This document shows, in pieces, positions 13,729 to 25,604 of a DNA stretch of 64,000 nucleotides. The stretch lies in NCBI GenBank assembly GCA_964057225.1, contig OZ059898.1:13516001-13580000 (forward strand), written 5' to 3'. Source of the DNA: Auanema rhodensis. Its lineage: Eukaryota; Animalia; Nematoda. The notes beneath the pieces were generated by a model that was given only the letters and a program-made list of their open reading frames with translations, was not told the DNA's origin and searched no databases. The position numbers and the translations under genes were made by a program. Within the stretch, counting starts at the first letter, position 1, and each line of letters starts with the position of its first letter.

Positions 13729-14079
13729 ATGAAACTCCTCATCGTTCTTGCTGTCTGCATTGCTGCTGCCTATGCTTCCTGCGTTGACTACTGTCACGGA
13801 ACTCTTGCTGGATCCAACTGTGAAGCTTCCATCCCCCAAACGTCGTGTCTTCTGAATTTCTAACCTTACTTTGAGCTTTTCAGCTGGAGAGAAACCTGGT
13901 GTGCTGACAAGTGTTATAAGAGATGTCTTGATATTCAGATGCACAACTGTAACAACAACTACTACATGTAAGGCTTCAAGTTTTGAATTCAAGTTCCAAC
14001 TTGATTTCATTCTAGGTGTTGTATGACTGTCCAAGAATTCAACAAGACCATGAAGTGCTGGGATGCCAACGGTTGGTAA
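13729..14079 (+). CDS. 10-Cys secreted peptide, copy D (W43/Q72 variant)
   Basis: TATATAAA near 13622, TTTCAG-A-ATG, two GT-AG introns, TAA, downstream AATAAA. Confidence 0.85.
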
Positions 14080-14372
14080 GAAAGAAGAATCAATGCTATT
14101 CATCTTGTAACATCTATATGAATAAAGATTTCTAACCCTCTTTCATTTCATTATAATTAGAATAATTAAAAAAATAGTTTGTATAGTTAACAGTATACAA
14201 CCGCTTTCACGTCTTTTCAAAATTAAAATGATATTCTAAATTCACGTGGTTGACGCTAAGTTCTAATTTTCAAATTCATAAACTTTATTCATTTGAGATC
14301 AATTTTATAATATATAATATATATTTAAAAAATCTATTTTGAACTAGAAATTTTATTGAAAAATGAAATTTT

Positions 14373-15540
14373 ATTAGATGTGCGCAAAAGTTCCAGGCCC
14401 TCCTTCCGCCTCCACGCAATCACCTCATATTTTTAAAACGTTTGTCCAGAAACTTTTAAAAATATTTTCCCTCATTCTCCAGGGTTTTCTGCCAGTTCTC
14501 AAGCAATGTTCGTATTCCTTTTTCGAAAAACACCTTTGGTTTTGATTCAAAAAAGTTTTTCCAGAAGGCGTGGACCTCCTCTTTATTTCTGAATATTTTA
14601 CCCTTCAAAAAATGCTTCATCGATCTGAATAAATGATAATCAGATCGAGCAAGGTCTGGCGAGTACGGTGGATGCTTCAAGAGATATCATCTATTTTCCT
14701 CCACAACTCAACACACGTCTTGAGCCACATGTGGCCGCGCATTGTCATGAAGGAGATGAATTTTTTTGGGTTTTTGAGGGCGTTTCAACAAAACGGCCTC
14801 CTGAAGCCGTTGAATTTGTTCGGCATAAAGCCTACTATTCAACGTCTCTCCCTGACTCAATAATTTATAATGAATTATGCCTCCTTCATCCCAAAAACAA
14901 CATAACATCATCTTTTTAGGGGTCAGATTGTTGGTTTTAGGTGTTGGAGGTAGTGCTTCATCTGGAGATAGATAAAATTTTTTGGGTCTGGATTCTCAAA
15001 ACAGATCCATTTTTTATCGCCAGTGGTTAAACTAGCAAAAACCCTCTTTTTTTAGCCATCTCAAGCAGGTTTTTGGAACAGCTCATTATCGCCGCCTTTT
15101 TAGAAGGGGTGAGAACATGAGCGATTTGAGGGGAACATTTTCCGATCTTACCTGGTTTTTTTCAAGTGTCTACCAACGGTAGCCCTGTGCACACCTAATG
15201 TATCAGCAAAATAATAAGCTTCTCGTTTGGCAACTTTAGCGGCCTTTCTGATTTTGGAAGGTCTCCCAGATCGAAGTTGTTAGATTTAAATCTAGCGTAC
15301 CATGATTCACAGGTACTATAATAAGGTATATCTTGACCATAAATGGATTTGAAAACATTATAAGCTTTTAAGGCATTTAAACCTTGTCTGAAATACAGCT
15401 TCAGACAGTTACGCACGTGTTGCTTGTCAAAAGCCATTTCAGAAAACAAGAGCAAAAACGAAATTAAAAGTGCGCAAAAGTTTTTGGCCATCCGCATTAA
15501 AATTTGAATAAAAATTTGAATATTAAAAATTGCCATAAAC
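14373..15540 (-). mobile_element. Mariner (DD34D-type) transposon, degenerate transposase pseudogene
   Basis: HTH region (WYARFKSNNFDLGDLPKSERP), TGDKKWI, MLCCFWD..GIIHY, LLHDNARPH and HPPYSPDLARSDYHLFRSM, split by frameshifts. TIR ATTAGATGTGCGCAAAAGTTCCAGGCC at 14373. Confidence 0.9.
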
Positions 15541-15854
15541 CAAATTCATAATTATATTCGATAAACTGTTTTTAATTGAAATTATCAAAAAAAATTTCAT
15601 TTTTTATCTTTCAATTTTGCTTTTTCTCGTGTTTTCTGAAATGTGATCTACATGATAACGCCTCTTCTGGACTAAGAGAGAATAGTTAAAGTTTTCTGAA
15701 TAATAATAAGAAGATGAGATGAAAAAGTTGAAAAAGAAAGTGAAAAAAAAGGGTATCCCCCCAGATGTATAGAAGCATACTTAAATATCAAAATATAAAC
15801 ATCGATTTTGAATATAATTATATTTATTCTAATTCAAAGTTATTTTCAGCAAAA

Positions 15855-16180
15855 AAAGCAATGTCTTTTAAAATACAATCGAAAATGTCACAATTCTTAT
15901 TTTTTTGTCTATAAACAAATTCACATAAATAAGATTCAATAAAATGCTCATTGTTTAACTTCCCTACATATGCCCTTAAAAATCCAAATTGGGTTAGTTA
16001 CCCTACCCGTACTATACTTCCTAAGCGCAACCAAAGTTTCATCAATTTCTACAGTTTTTCCGGGTCCTCCAATTTTCTCCTTGTTCATCAAAAGCTTAAA
16101 TGTGCATGCTTACATGAAAAAGGGTGGTAGTAACTACTAAACCAGCCCCTATTTTTATAAGTTTCTGAAAACACGTTTTG
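15855..16180 (-). mobile_element. Internally deleted Merlin-like transposase remnant
   Basis: Reverse strand reads VEIDETLVALRKYSTGRV and FIESYLCEFVYRQKNKNCDIFDCILKDIA, the latter matching the fragment near 12520-12610. Confidence 0.7.
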
Positions 16181-16668
16181 AAATTATGAGGTAAATGCAA
16201 TACTTATACCCATATCTGCAACTATATTTATATTTTGAATTTTGAATTTTAATTGTTCAAAATACGTTTTTTGAAGAAACATTCATATAGTTTTCTATCT
16301 TTTTTCAATTATAATTATTAAAATACAAAATTTATTTTTTTTTGCATCGATGACATAATATTCATTCATAAATAGATCTTTTTTTGTATCTGTTTTGAAG
16401 AAATTCGAAAATTTAAGTTGCGTTTTCACAGATATTTTGACGTTTCCGATGAATGCTGGACTAACCTGTATTCAACTATTTTTTTAAATTTATATTTTCT
16501 GAATTCAAATACTATTTTTCAAGTTTTTTTTAAATATACTGAAAACTAGTATTTTCTTCTTCTTCACTTTTCTTTTAAAACCAATAGTTGCTACCTGAGA
16601 AGTCACAGCGAGCGATAGATCTTTCTACTATATATTATTCTTTTTTGATTTTTAATATTTCAGTTAAT

Positions 16669-17917
16669 ATGTTAAATTTAATTATTTACTACATATGCAT
16701 CCCATTAACATTAGGTGGTATATGTATAACATTTTTTTGTGTTATATTTCATTCTCCAACACAAATGGATAATGAATACAAATGTTTTTTATTTTTACAA
16801 TGTTTCTTGTAAGTTTTAAGTTCAAAAGTTAAAGTTTCACCAAGTTTCTAACTATGTTTTTATAACAAATATATGTTTAAGTGGATTTCTATTTTCGTTG
16901 ATTGCATCTGGTACGATACCTACGTTCATAGCACCTTGTCTCGGTGGATATCCACGTGGATTTCTGCAATATTGTGAACTTTCTACATGTGCTCTATTAT
17001 CAACACAGATTTTGATCATTCACTGTAAGTATTAGTGACCATACGAACTGAAAATAATTCAAATAATAAGTTTACGCAGGAATAACCATTCTTATGTTTC
17101 ATCGTCGATATCAAGCTCTACAAATTAGACCAAATAAATACTCAAAATATGCAATATATACTATAACATCTATAAAACATTTAGTTATTCCACTTATTTT
17201 ATTTTTCACTGTCCAGCTAGAAAATATTGATGAAGTTAAGAGAGATTGTTTAAAGGTTAGATCATATTATAGAAATCTGTGAGCCAAAAAACTAGAACGT
17301 AATCAATTTCCAGATATATCCTGGTGATCCTAAAGATATTTTACAAGAAAAAACATTAGTTATTTTATTTACGAAATCAGGGGTTCCTGTACTAATATTT
17401 ATCATACTATGCTTATTAATTACTGTATTATTTTTAATTGATATTTGTACATTAGGAGTTCTAACATGGATTAGATTTAATAATCTCAAAAGCAGCATGT
17501 CTCAACAAACTTTAGCTTCACATAAAATGTTTATAAAAATTAATTTTATTCAGGTTTTCATTATATTAAATAACATTCTTTATAATACAATTCAGGGATT
17601 GGTTCTTATCACCGCTACCATGTTGGCTTTTTCCTTCCTGTTTTTTTCTTTTTTTTTTGTTTCTATTCAAGGTAATCTCGTCACGAGAAATATCATACTT
17701 TTCTTTTTATTTCTGCAGAAATTCAAGATTTTTTTTTATCTACTTTCACACTTTATGCTATATGTGGACCTATGTTAGCATTATATACAGTACCATCATA
17801 TCGGAAAGCTATTTTAAATTCATTGAGATTTGATAGGTTAAATGATAGAATATTCTTATATAATGTATATAATTTAGAAACCCGAAAGAACTAACAACGA
17901 AAATAACTTCAACATGA
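16669..17917 (+). CDS. Serpentine 7TM chemoreceptor (Srh/Sri-like), copy 2
   Basis: Same exon structure as copy 1, with many amino-acid substitutions and no stop codon seen. Confidence 0.75.
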
Positions 17918-18189
17918 AACTTCATAATAACTTCCATTTTCATATTAAATAATTAATTTACAAAAAATACAACCGCTGTCACGTCTTTTCGAAATTAACA
18001 TAATACTATAATATCATTTATGTGAATGACGTAAGCATTTTAAAATAAATAAATCAATAATTTTACAATGAGAGAATTGTTGGGCTCCGCCCCTTCTGCC
18101 GAAACGCGCGAAGTTTCACTACCTGGGCTGGAATAAACATGTTAATGATCTGAATTTCCTAGTGAGATTTGGCTATGACTTTTCAATTT

Positions 18190-18627
18190 TTCGGATAAAC
18201 GGTTTATATCGAGCTCGTCGTTGTTGCTAGAAGGAAATACAACGGTGGGATATGTACAGAAACAAAAGCATGTTTTCTTTATACTGTAGAAAATAGGGGG
18301 CTCAATGCTTGAAGACTGCATAAAACATTCAATAGAAGAGGGCAGTACCATCATTTCGTATTGCTGGAAAAGTTATAATAATATATCTAACTTAGACTAT
18401 ACCCACTTGCCTGTTAACCATAGTAAAAAGTTTGTAGATTCTACGACCGGGGCTAACACTAACATGGTTGAAGGTATGTGGTCTCAGGCAAAAAAAAATT
18501 CAAAAAATGAATGGGGTACCCAAAGATTTTATTGAGTCTCATCTCTGCAAGTTTATGTATCGCCAGAAAAATAAGAATTGTGACATATTTGATTGTATTT
18601 TAAAAGACATTGCTTTTTTCTCGAAAA
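18190..18627 (+). mobile_element. Merlin transposase fragment, duplicate copy with a 33-bp deletion
   Basis: Near-identical to 12150-12620. Confidence 0.8.
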
Positions 18628-18984
18628 ATAACTCTCTCTTCAATTTTCCAAAACGGTTTATGCCAAGCCCATCTACAAGATTTGTTCACAAAAAAGTTCA
18701 TGCTGTAGGCACTATATGCCCGGTGAATGTGGATGAGAAGTTTCATTCTGAAAGTTTGTGTTTCAAGTCGGAAGGTTGGAAAGTTGGAAGCTGGAAAGGA
18801 GAAGGATGCGTCAATCACGTGAATTTAGAATATCATTTTAATTTTGAAGAGACGTGAAAGCGGTTGTATACTGTTAACTATACAAACTATTTTTTTAATT
18901 ATTTTAATTATAATGAAATGAAAGAAGGTTAGAAATCTTTATTCATATAGATGTTACAAGATGAATATCATTGATTCTTCTTTC

Positions 18985-19335
18985 TTACCAACCGTTGGCA
19001 TCCCAGCACTTCATGGTCTTGTTGAATTCTTGGACAGTCATACAGCACCTAGAATGAAATCAAGTTGGAACTTGAAGTAAGAACTTGAAGCTTTACATGT
19101 AGTAGTTGTTGTTACAGTTGTGCATCTGAATATCAAGACATCTCTTATAACACTTGTCAGCACACCAGGTTTCTCTCCAGCTGAAAAGCTCAAAGTAAGG
19201 TTAGCAACTTAGTAGATACAACGTTTGGGGGATGGAAGCTTCACAGTTGGATCCAGCAAGAGTTCCGTGACAGTAGTCAACGCAGGAAGCATAGGCAGCA
19301 GCAATGCAGACAGCAAGAACGATGAGGAGTTTCAT
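18985..19335 (-). CDS. 10-Cys secreted peptide, copy E
   Basis: Near-identical to copy C, intact. Confidence 0.85.
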
Positions 19336-19735
19336 TCTGAAAGTTTGAGTTTCAAGTTAGAAGGTTGGAAAGTTGGAAGCTGGAAAGGTGAAGGATATGC
19401 TGGATGATGATGGTAATGATGATCTGTAGCTTATGTGAGGGTTTTTATAGCAAAATATAGAAGATTTCATGCTGTTTTTCATGAAATGAATTACAGAGAT
19501 GAATTGAATACATTTTTTAAACTTTTATTCGTATAAACTATATGTATTTAATATATATTATAATTATATTATATATTTGTATAGTTAACAAACAGCATGA
19601 GTTGCATCTCCCCGGTTGTAAATTCAGCTATATAAAGCTTTCTTTTAGAGTAGAACATCATCATTATCCAGCATATCCTTCACCTTTTCAGCTTCCAACT
19701 TTCCAACTTTCTAACTTGAAACTCAAACTTTCAGA

Positions 19736-20086
19736 ATGAAACTCCTCATCGTTCTTGCTGTCTGCATTGCTGCTGCCTATGCTTCCTGCGTTGACTACTG
19801 TCACGGAACTCTTGCTGGATCCAACTGTGAAGCTTCCATCCCCCAAACGTTGTATCTTCTGAATTTCTAACCTTACTTTGAGCTTTTCAGCTGGAGAGAA
19901 ACCTGGTGTGCTGACAAGTGTTATAAGAGATGTCTTGATATTCAGATGCACAACTGTAACAACAACTACTACATGTAAAGCTTCAAGTTCTTACTTCAAG
20001 TTCCAACTTGATTTCATTCTAGGTGCTGTATGACTGTCCAAGAATTCAACAAGACCATGAAGTGCTGGGATGCCAACGGTTGGTAA
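19736..20086 (+). CDS. 10-Cys secreted peptide, copy F
   Basis: Intact three-exon copy with TATA, trans-splice acceptor and AATAAA. Confidence 0.85.
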
Positions 20087-20641
20087 GAAAGAAGAATCAA
20101 TGATATTCATCTTGTAACATCTATATGAATAAAGATTTCTAACCTTCTTTCATTTCATTATAATCAGAATAATTAAGAAAATAGTTTGTATAGTTAACAG
20201 TATACAACCGCTTTCACGTCTTTTCAAAATTAAAATGATATTCTAAATTCACGTGAAATACATATACAGTATCATTTCTAACTTTTATCTGCATCCTATC
20301 ATAATACTTGTATGAAAGAAATAATAATGTTTAATTACACAAAATGGACAATAAGGCTGTATTACAGATATGTTCTACAAAGATATAACATGAAAGAACC
20401 TGTACCAAATATCAAAAAAAATATTAAACTTATGAATCTATGTATATAAGTTTTATATACATACAAATTATATATAAAATATATTATATAGTATTATATT
20501 ATAACAAGAAATGTAATATATTATACTATATATATATGTGCATATAATTAACACTCACACAATGAATAATATACAGAAACAAACAACGATTTTCACGGAA
20601 AATAAAGAATAAAAACGAAGTTTTACAAGTAAACGTTGAAA

Positions 20642-22644
20642 TTACTTTGGTTGATCATCATAATACATTGCATAGTAATCACTATCTATTCTATAGTTTC
20701 GAGTTGTCGTGGTTCTAACCGTAGTTCGAGGAGTTGTAGTCGTTGGCATAGTAGTTGATAATGGTCTTGGAGATGTAGGAATTACAAGCATCTGTAATTT
20801 AGTTGTTTTGAAATGAAAGGTAGATGAAGCTTATTCAGCTCACTTTTGTTGGTAAAGGAAGCCTGGTTGACAATTCTACAAAGCTCTTCTTGAATGTTCC
20901 TACATTCTTGAATATTACTTCGTTAGTTTTAGTTGTGATTCCGGAACTCTGCAATTGGTATCTGGTTCTTAAATCATAACATTGATAACAAACACGAATT
21001 GGAGTAGATGGAGGAGCCACATCAACAGATGTTTCAAATGTTTCACCTTCGTCCGGTTCTCCATCAACGGAAAAAGATATATCTGGTAATCCTGAAATGT
21101 GGTAAGATTATTTCTCATACATTAGATCGAATGCCTCACCTTCAGTTGGAGATGGAAGTGAGGTACTTGTTATAACATTCGGAACAATATTTTCTTCTTT
21201 CGTAACTTCTTCTTCATAATCAGCGCCATGTTTATCAATCTGAGATCATAATAATGATTAAAACTTTAAATTCAATTGCTATACCTCTTCATAATAATCA
21301 CTTGTAGCTGGCTTCTGATCAATGCTAAAATCGATTTCAGGTAATTCAGACGATTTAGGCTTATTCGACGGCTTTCCTTCTTCCAAATCAGTAAAGTCTG
21401 TACCAAAATCACCATCTTCAGGCAATAAACGAGAATTTCGATCCTTCGCTTCAAATATTTGAAAATTCTAACAAGGGTGTCAGTTTATTTGAAAACCTTT
21501 GCTTGATTCATTCTTTGCTGTACCGAGAGCACTGCCAAATATTTCTTCCATGCCACTTCCCCCAGTAAATTGAGAAATCAATTCAGGATTTGAAAGTAAT
21601 TTACCAATTGTTTCCCAACCATTTGGATCTTGAACTAATTGTAAAGCTGTCTGAAATGAGTCATTTTTTATGAAAAAGCATCAAACAATAATATGATCTA
21701 ACCTGGAAATTACTGAAAAATTCTGAACGACGGAACTTATCAATAGCTTTATAGATATCACCACAGCTCAATCGGTTACAGATTCCAAGAAACTATAAAC
21801 CTACTTAGTATATTGAGAAATAAGCATTTTCACACCTCTGGAAGTTCTGGTCCAGGATCGCCAAATTCTCCTTTCGATCCAGATAATAGATTATCGAAAA
21901 TCTTATTAAAGTCAAGATCAAATGGTTTTCCTTCAATATTAATACTATTAAATAACTTCGATAAGTTCAAATTGTTACCATTAATCTTATTTGTTGGATC
22001 ACTCTGAGCGTGATGAACTTGTGCCTTCTTCTGTTGATCCATCATTTGGAAAATTCCAGTTAGTGCTCCTCTTTCTCCAAATAAAGTCTTGGCCCATTCC
22101 TCGTTAACTATTGATTTTTTGGAACCTGAACTTAATACTTTCAGGAACGCTTGCTTTGTTATACCATACCTGGGACCGTTTGAACTGGATCATCCATACT
22201 GAAGGATGATTCGAATTGCTTTTGTTCATAACTCAAAGGAATTGGCATTGCTTGCTGATGAGTTGGAGCCTTCAACAACAAAATTATAAGAATTACTTTG
22301 AGCAGGTAAAACTAACAGCTCTGGCTTGAGGTGTTTGATGAATATCTGACACAATTTTTATCAAATTCATAAATTCCCTAATATAAGACGTTTCAGAAAT
22401 CCTACTCAAAACACCTGCAAATCCAGTTGGCTTCTGAGTTTCTGAAAAAAATCTTTATGAATAAGGCTACAAGGAGATATAGCCGTAAACTGTAAATAAA
22501 CGCTTAAAAAGTACATGACAAACCTGTTTTTTCCACATAATCCTCGGGCTGAGCGAGGCTGAACGCCAATTTAGCTGGCGGTTCCGAGACGGGCAGGCCA
22601 TGAGCCCATATTACTAGACTAAGTATGCCAAATAAGATTTTCAT
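20642..22644 (-). CDS. Secreted nematode-specific protein with a Thr/Pro-rich tail and a Tyr-rich C-terminus, multi-exon
   Basis: Signal peptide MKILFGILSLVIWAHG. Internal CNRLSCGDIYKAIDKFRRSEFFSNFQ-TALQLVQDPNGW. Ends TTTTRNYRIDSDYYAMYYDDQPK*. Confidence 0.75.
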
Positions 22645-24374
22645 CTGAAGGAAAAGTTTACATATATTGATATCATAAAAAAGAAAATTGACAGACTCCT
22701 TGGATAGTTAAGAAAGAGGACCAAGACATGTATACAAACTTAAAAACTTGAAAGTAATAGATTCGGATTGGTAGGAGTTAATGACGATATGCTGACAGTT
22801 CCGTCAAAGAATATTAGAAAAATTGTGAGAAAGTGAAGATAGAATAGAGAAAGTTCATATTTCTATGTCAGATGAGGAGGACAAAGTTGTAAAAATTTGG
22901 GGGAAAGGGAAAGAAGAGAATGGGAACGATATTGGCAGAAGAATATGAACATACCTTGAAGTGATTTGAATGAGAAATGAAGTAAATGATCGTATTAGTC
23001 ATAAAAGGATTTTCTTGTTTAGTTAACAATCATCACAATTGAAAATACAATGAACACGAGAATAGGTTTGATGCTTGAACTGCTTTCGCTTCTCGTTTTT
23101 TTATTTTGAAAAGTCTATGATTAGTAGGCATGTGAGAGTATGAAAGAAAGACAGGAAATATCATTTGAAACTACAGAGAGAACAGAGAAATTCGAACAGA
23201 AACCGTGTAAAAGACATGTTCAAAATCAGATGGCATTACGACAGATAGAATTGGTTGCCAATGACTCACTATGTGCCCAAGGGCATCTGATCTCCTCCTC
23301 GAATAACAGGATGTTAGATGACGATGACGTTGAAGAACACGTTATAGGAAGCTTCTCTTCGTTTTTCTTTCAATTTTCTTCTTTCAGTACTGTAAACTAT
23401 ACATATACACAGATAGATAAGTAGCTGATTAAGACTTTCTTTTAATTAAAGAAAATGAAACGAGAAACCTTTAAGTCCTTTGTGAAAAAATGTTTCAAAT
23501 GTGAAAGTAAAGAGATAAAGAAGCAACATAAGACTATAGCTAAAGATCAAGCTTTCGGAACAAAATTTTATTGTTTTAACTATGCTAATAAAATAATAAA
23601 AATGAATAAAACTTGTATTAAATTGAGTCGAAGCTACAAAAAAAAGCGTGAGAAAAGTTGTTGAAATAATCTATAGAATTTGAAAACTTCACAAAAATAT
23701 TTGACAATACTTAAAGTAAAAGTTAATAAGTAGTAAAAGAATAAAATAATATTATAGAAAATGGAAATGTGAATCGGAATATAGATACAAACAGAGCTAC
23801 TGTCAAGCTGACTAAGATTGCCAAAGACTTGAAGATCAATATCTGGTATGGTTGTCGACGGGGGCCACACTAGCCGGTTCTTTGTGACTAGAGGTCTGAA
23901 GCAGAAGAAGAGATTCAAATAGAGGAAGATTCAGAAGGACGATGCAACAGAGAACGAAATAAATTTAAGAAGAAGAAGGAGGAGAATAAAAAAAATAGTG
24001 GTGGGAGAAGAAGGTGCTAATCACAGGATGGCGCAGAACAAAGTAGAAGATTGGAAGAGAAAGTAAAAACTGAGGATGAAATATTCGATGATAGATCTGT
24101 AGTAGCCTGAGGAACAGTAATAAAGCTAGTAGGATGGACAAGGAGGACTTGCTGAGAAGAAACGATAGTTAAGCCTCAGCAATGAACGAAGAGTGAGAGG
24201 GAAAAGACTGACTAAAATCAGAACAAGTTGTCAAGCCGGATCATTTTGACCAACCGAAGCTGTTTCGGTTCTGTTCACTTGACTGGCATCATTGAGGACT
24301 ATAAGAGAAAAAAAAGAAGAAGATGGAATCTGAAATCAAAATACAGAAATTAATCGAAAAGCCGGAGAATGTAA

Positions 24375-24428
24375 GAGGGAGGGAGAGAGAGAGGGAGGGA
24401 GAGAGAGAGAGGGAGAGAGAGAGAGAGA
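24375..24428 (+). repeat. GA/GGGA purine-rich microsatellite
   Basis: Imperfect (GA)n run. Confidence 0.9.
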
Positions 24429-25604
24429 ATCCTTGATCTTGATGTAACGAATGAAGATTCAATATTTAGAAGGCATAGTTACATATTTCATGTATATGAA
24501 ATTATGTTTATATGGCATAACTATATGTATACACTGGGATAAAAACCGGTTCAAGCTGTATTTATAAGCAGCATAAACTATTTGTTGATGAGACACATCT
24601 TCAAATTTTGAGGAAATTCCAAGATTATTTCAGAAAAAGTCTTATTCTTTCAATAATATCCATATTATAATTTCAAATTTTATTGTTATAACTCAAAGAA
24701 AAGGTTTAAATAATTCATCCTCCCAATCTTTTATTCGTATTTCAAAAGGTTTTTATTATAATACCAATTCTCTAAAATGTTTCACTGTGTTGAATCTGGT
24801 TTGGTCAGTTTCAAAGGTCACTTCAGATGTTACGTTCACGTATTGTTTACGTGAAAGTGCAGGGAAAGTTCACGTAAGCAGCACATGTCACCTTTATATA
24901 TGAATTTCCGAATAAAATCTTAATTTTCATAAAAACTGAATATAAAAGTTTTAAAAACATTTTATAAATTTAAATATTTATTGATTGAATATTTATTTAT
25001 TTTGATTATTTTCAACAAATAAACATCATTTTTAATTTTATAATATAGTTAAGAAATATTGGTTTGGAACACATAAAGAAGAAGATACATTGGAAATCTT
25101 TACAAAGTCGATTAGCAAGCAGTATGTGCATGTCGTTTCGTTACTGCTGCCTCGGAAAGAAACGATAAAACACCATCAGGTGGCTTTTACTTCTTGCCTA
25201 AATATTACTTAAACCTTTATTCCTTTCCATTTCCTTGTTTTTTCTATAAAAATTTATTATAAGTGCCAGATTGGTGTTAAGTTATCGTTTAAAGATTGCC
25301 ATAATGTAGAGAAAAACAAAAAATTGATGCAGATTTGTCATATTTTGTGTCTCGTTACCACCAGCTGCCACCTGCTTACCCCTCGTCAGATCTTCTTTTC
25401 ATCTGCTGTCTTTCAAATTACTCTTATTTCTTCATCCACATTTCACATTTCTTTTCTACTTTTAGTGAAATATTGAGTTTAAGCTAAAGTTAATCTTCAG
25501 TTATAATTGACTCGTCTGCCTATACATAGGTGAGAGACTAAGATCAAAGTCTATCCTCAACACTCACCTACGTTTCTAAAGAATTGTTAAATGATGAATC
25601 AATC

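Larger units (their letters stand above)
10160..14248 (+). repeat. Segmental duplication unit 1 (~4.1 kb: chemoreceptor, Merlin fragment, peptide pair C/D)
   Basis: Collinear and highly similar to 16200-20255 (offset 6040 before a 33-bp indel). Confidence 0.95.
16200..20255 (+). repeat. Segmental duplication unit 2 (chemoreceptor, Merlin fragment, peptide pair E/F)
   Basis: Direct repeat of 10160-14248. Confidence 0.95.

Noticed and set aside
7685-19951. Repeated 60-140 aa ORFs in the track (MKSKLEALHV..., MGDGSFTVG...)
   Set aside because: They are antisense shadows of the spliced Cys-rich peptide genes. They read through introns, and the expression signals (TATA, acceptor, AATAAA) are on the opposite strand.
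23140-24360. Short ORFs between the secreted-protein gene and the nAChR gene
   Set aside because: No recognisable domains or consistent splice structure; likely regulatory intergenic DNA.
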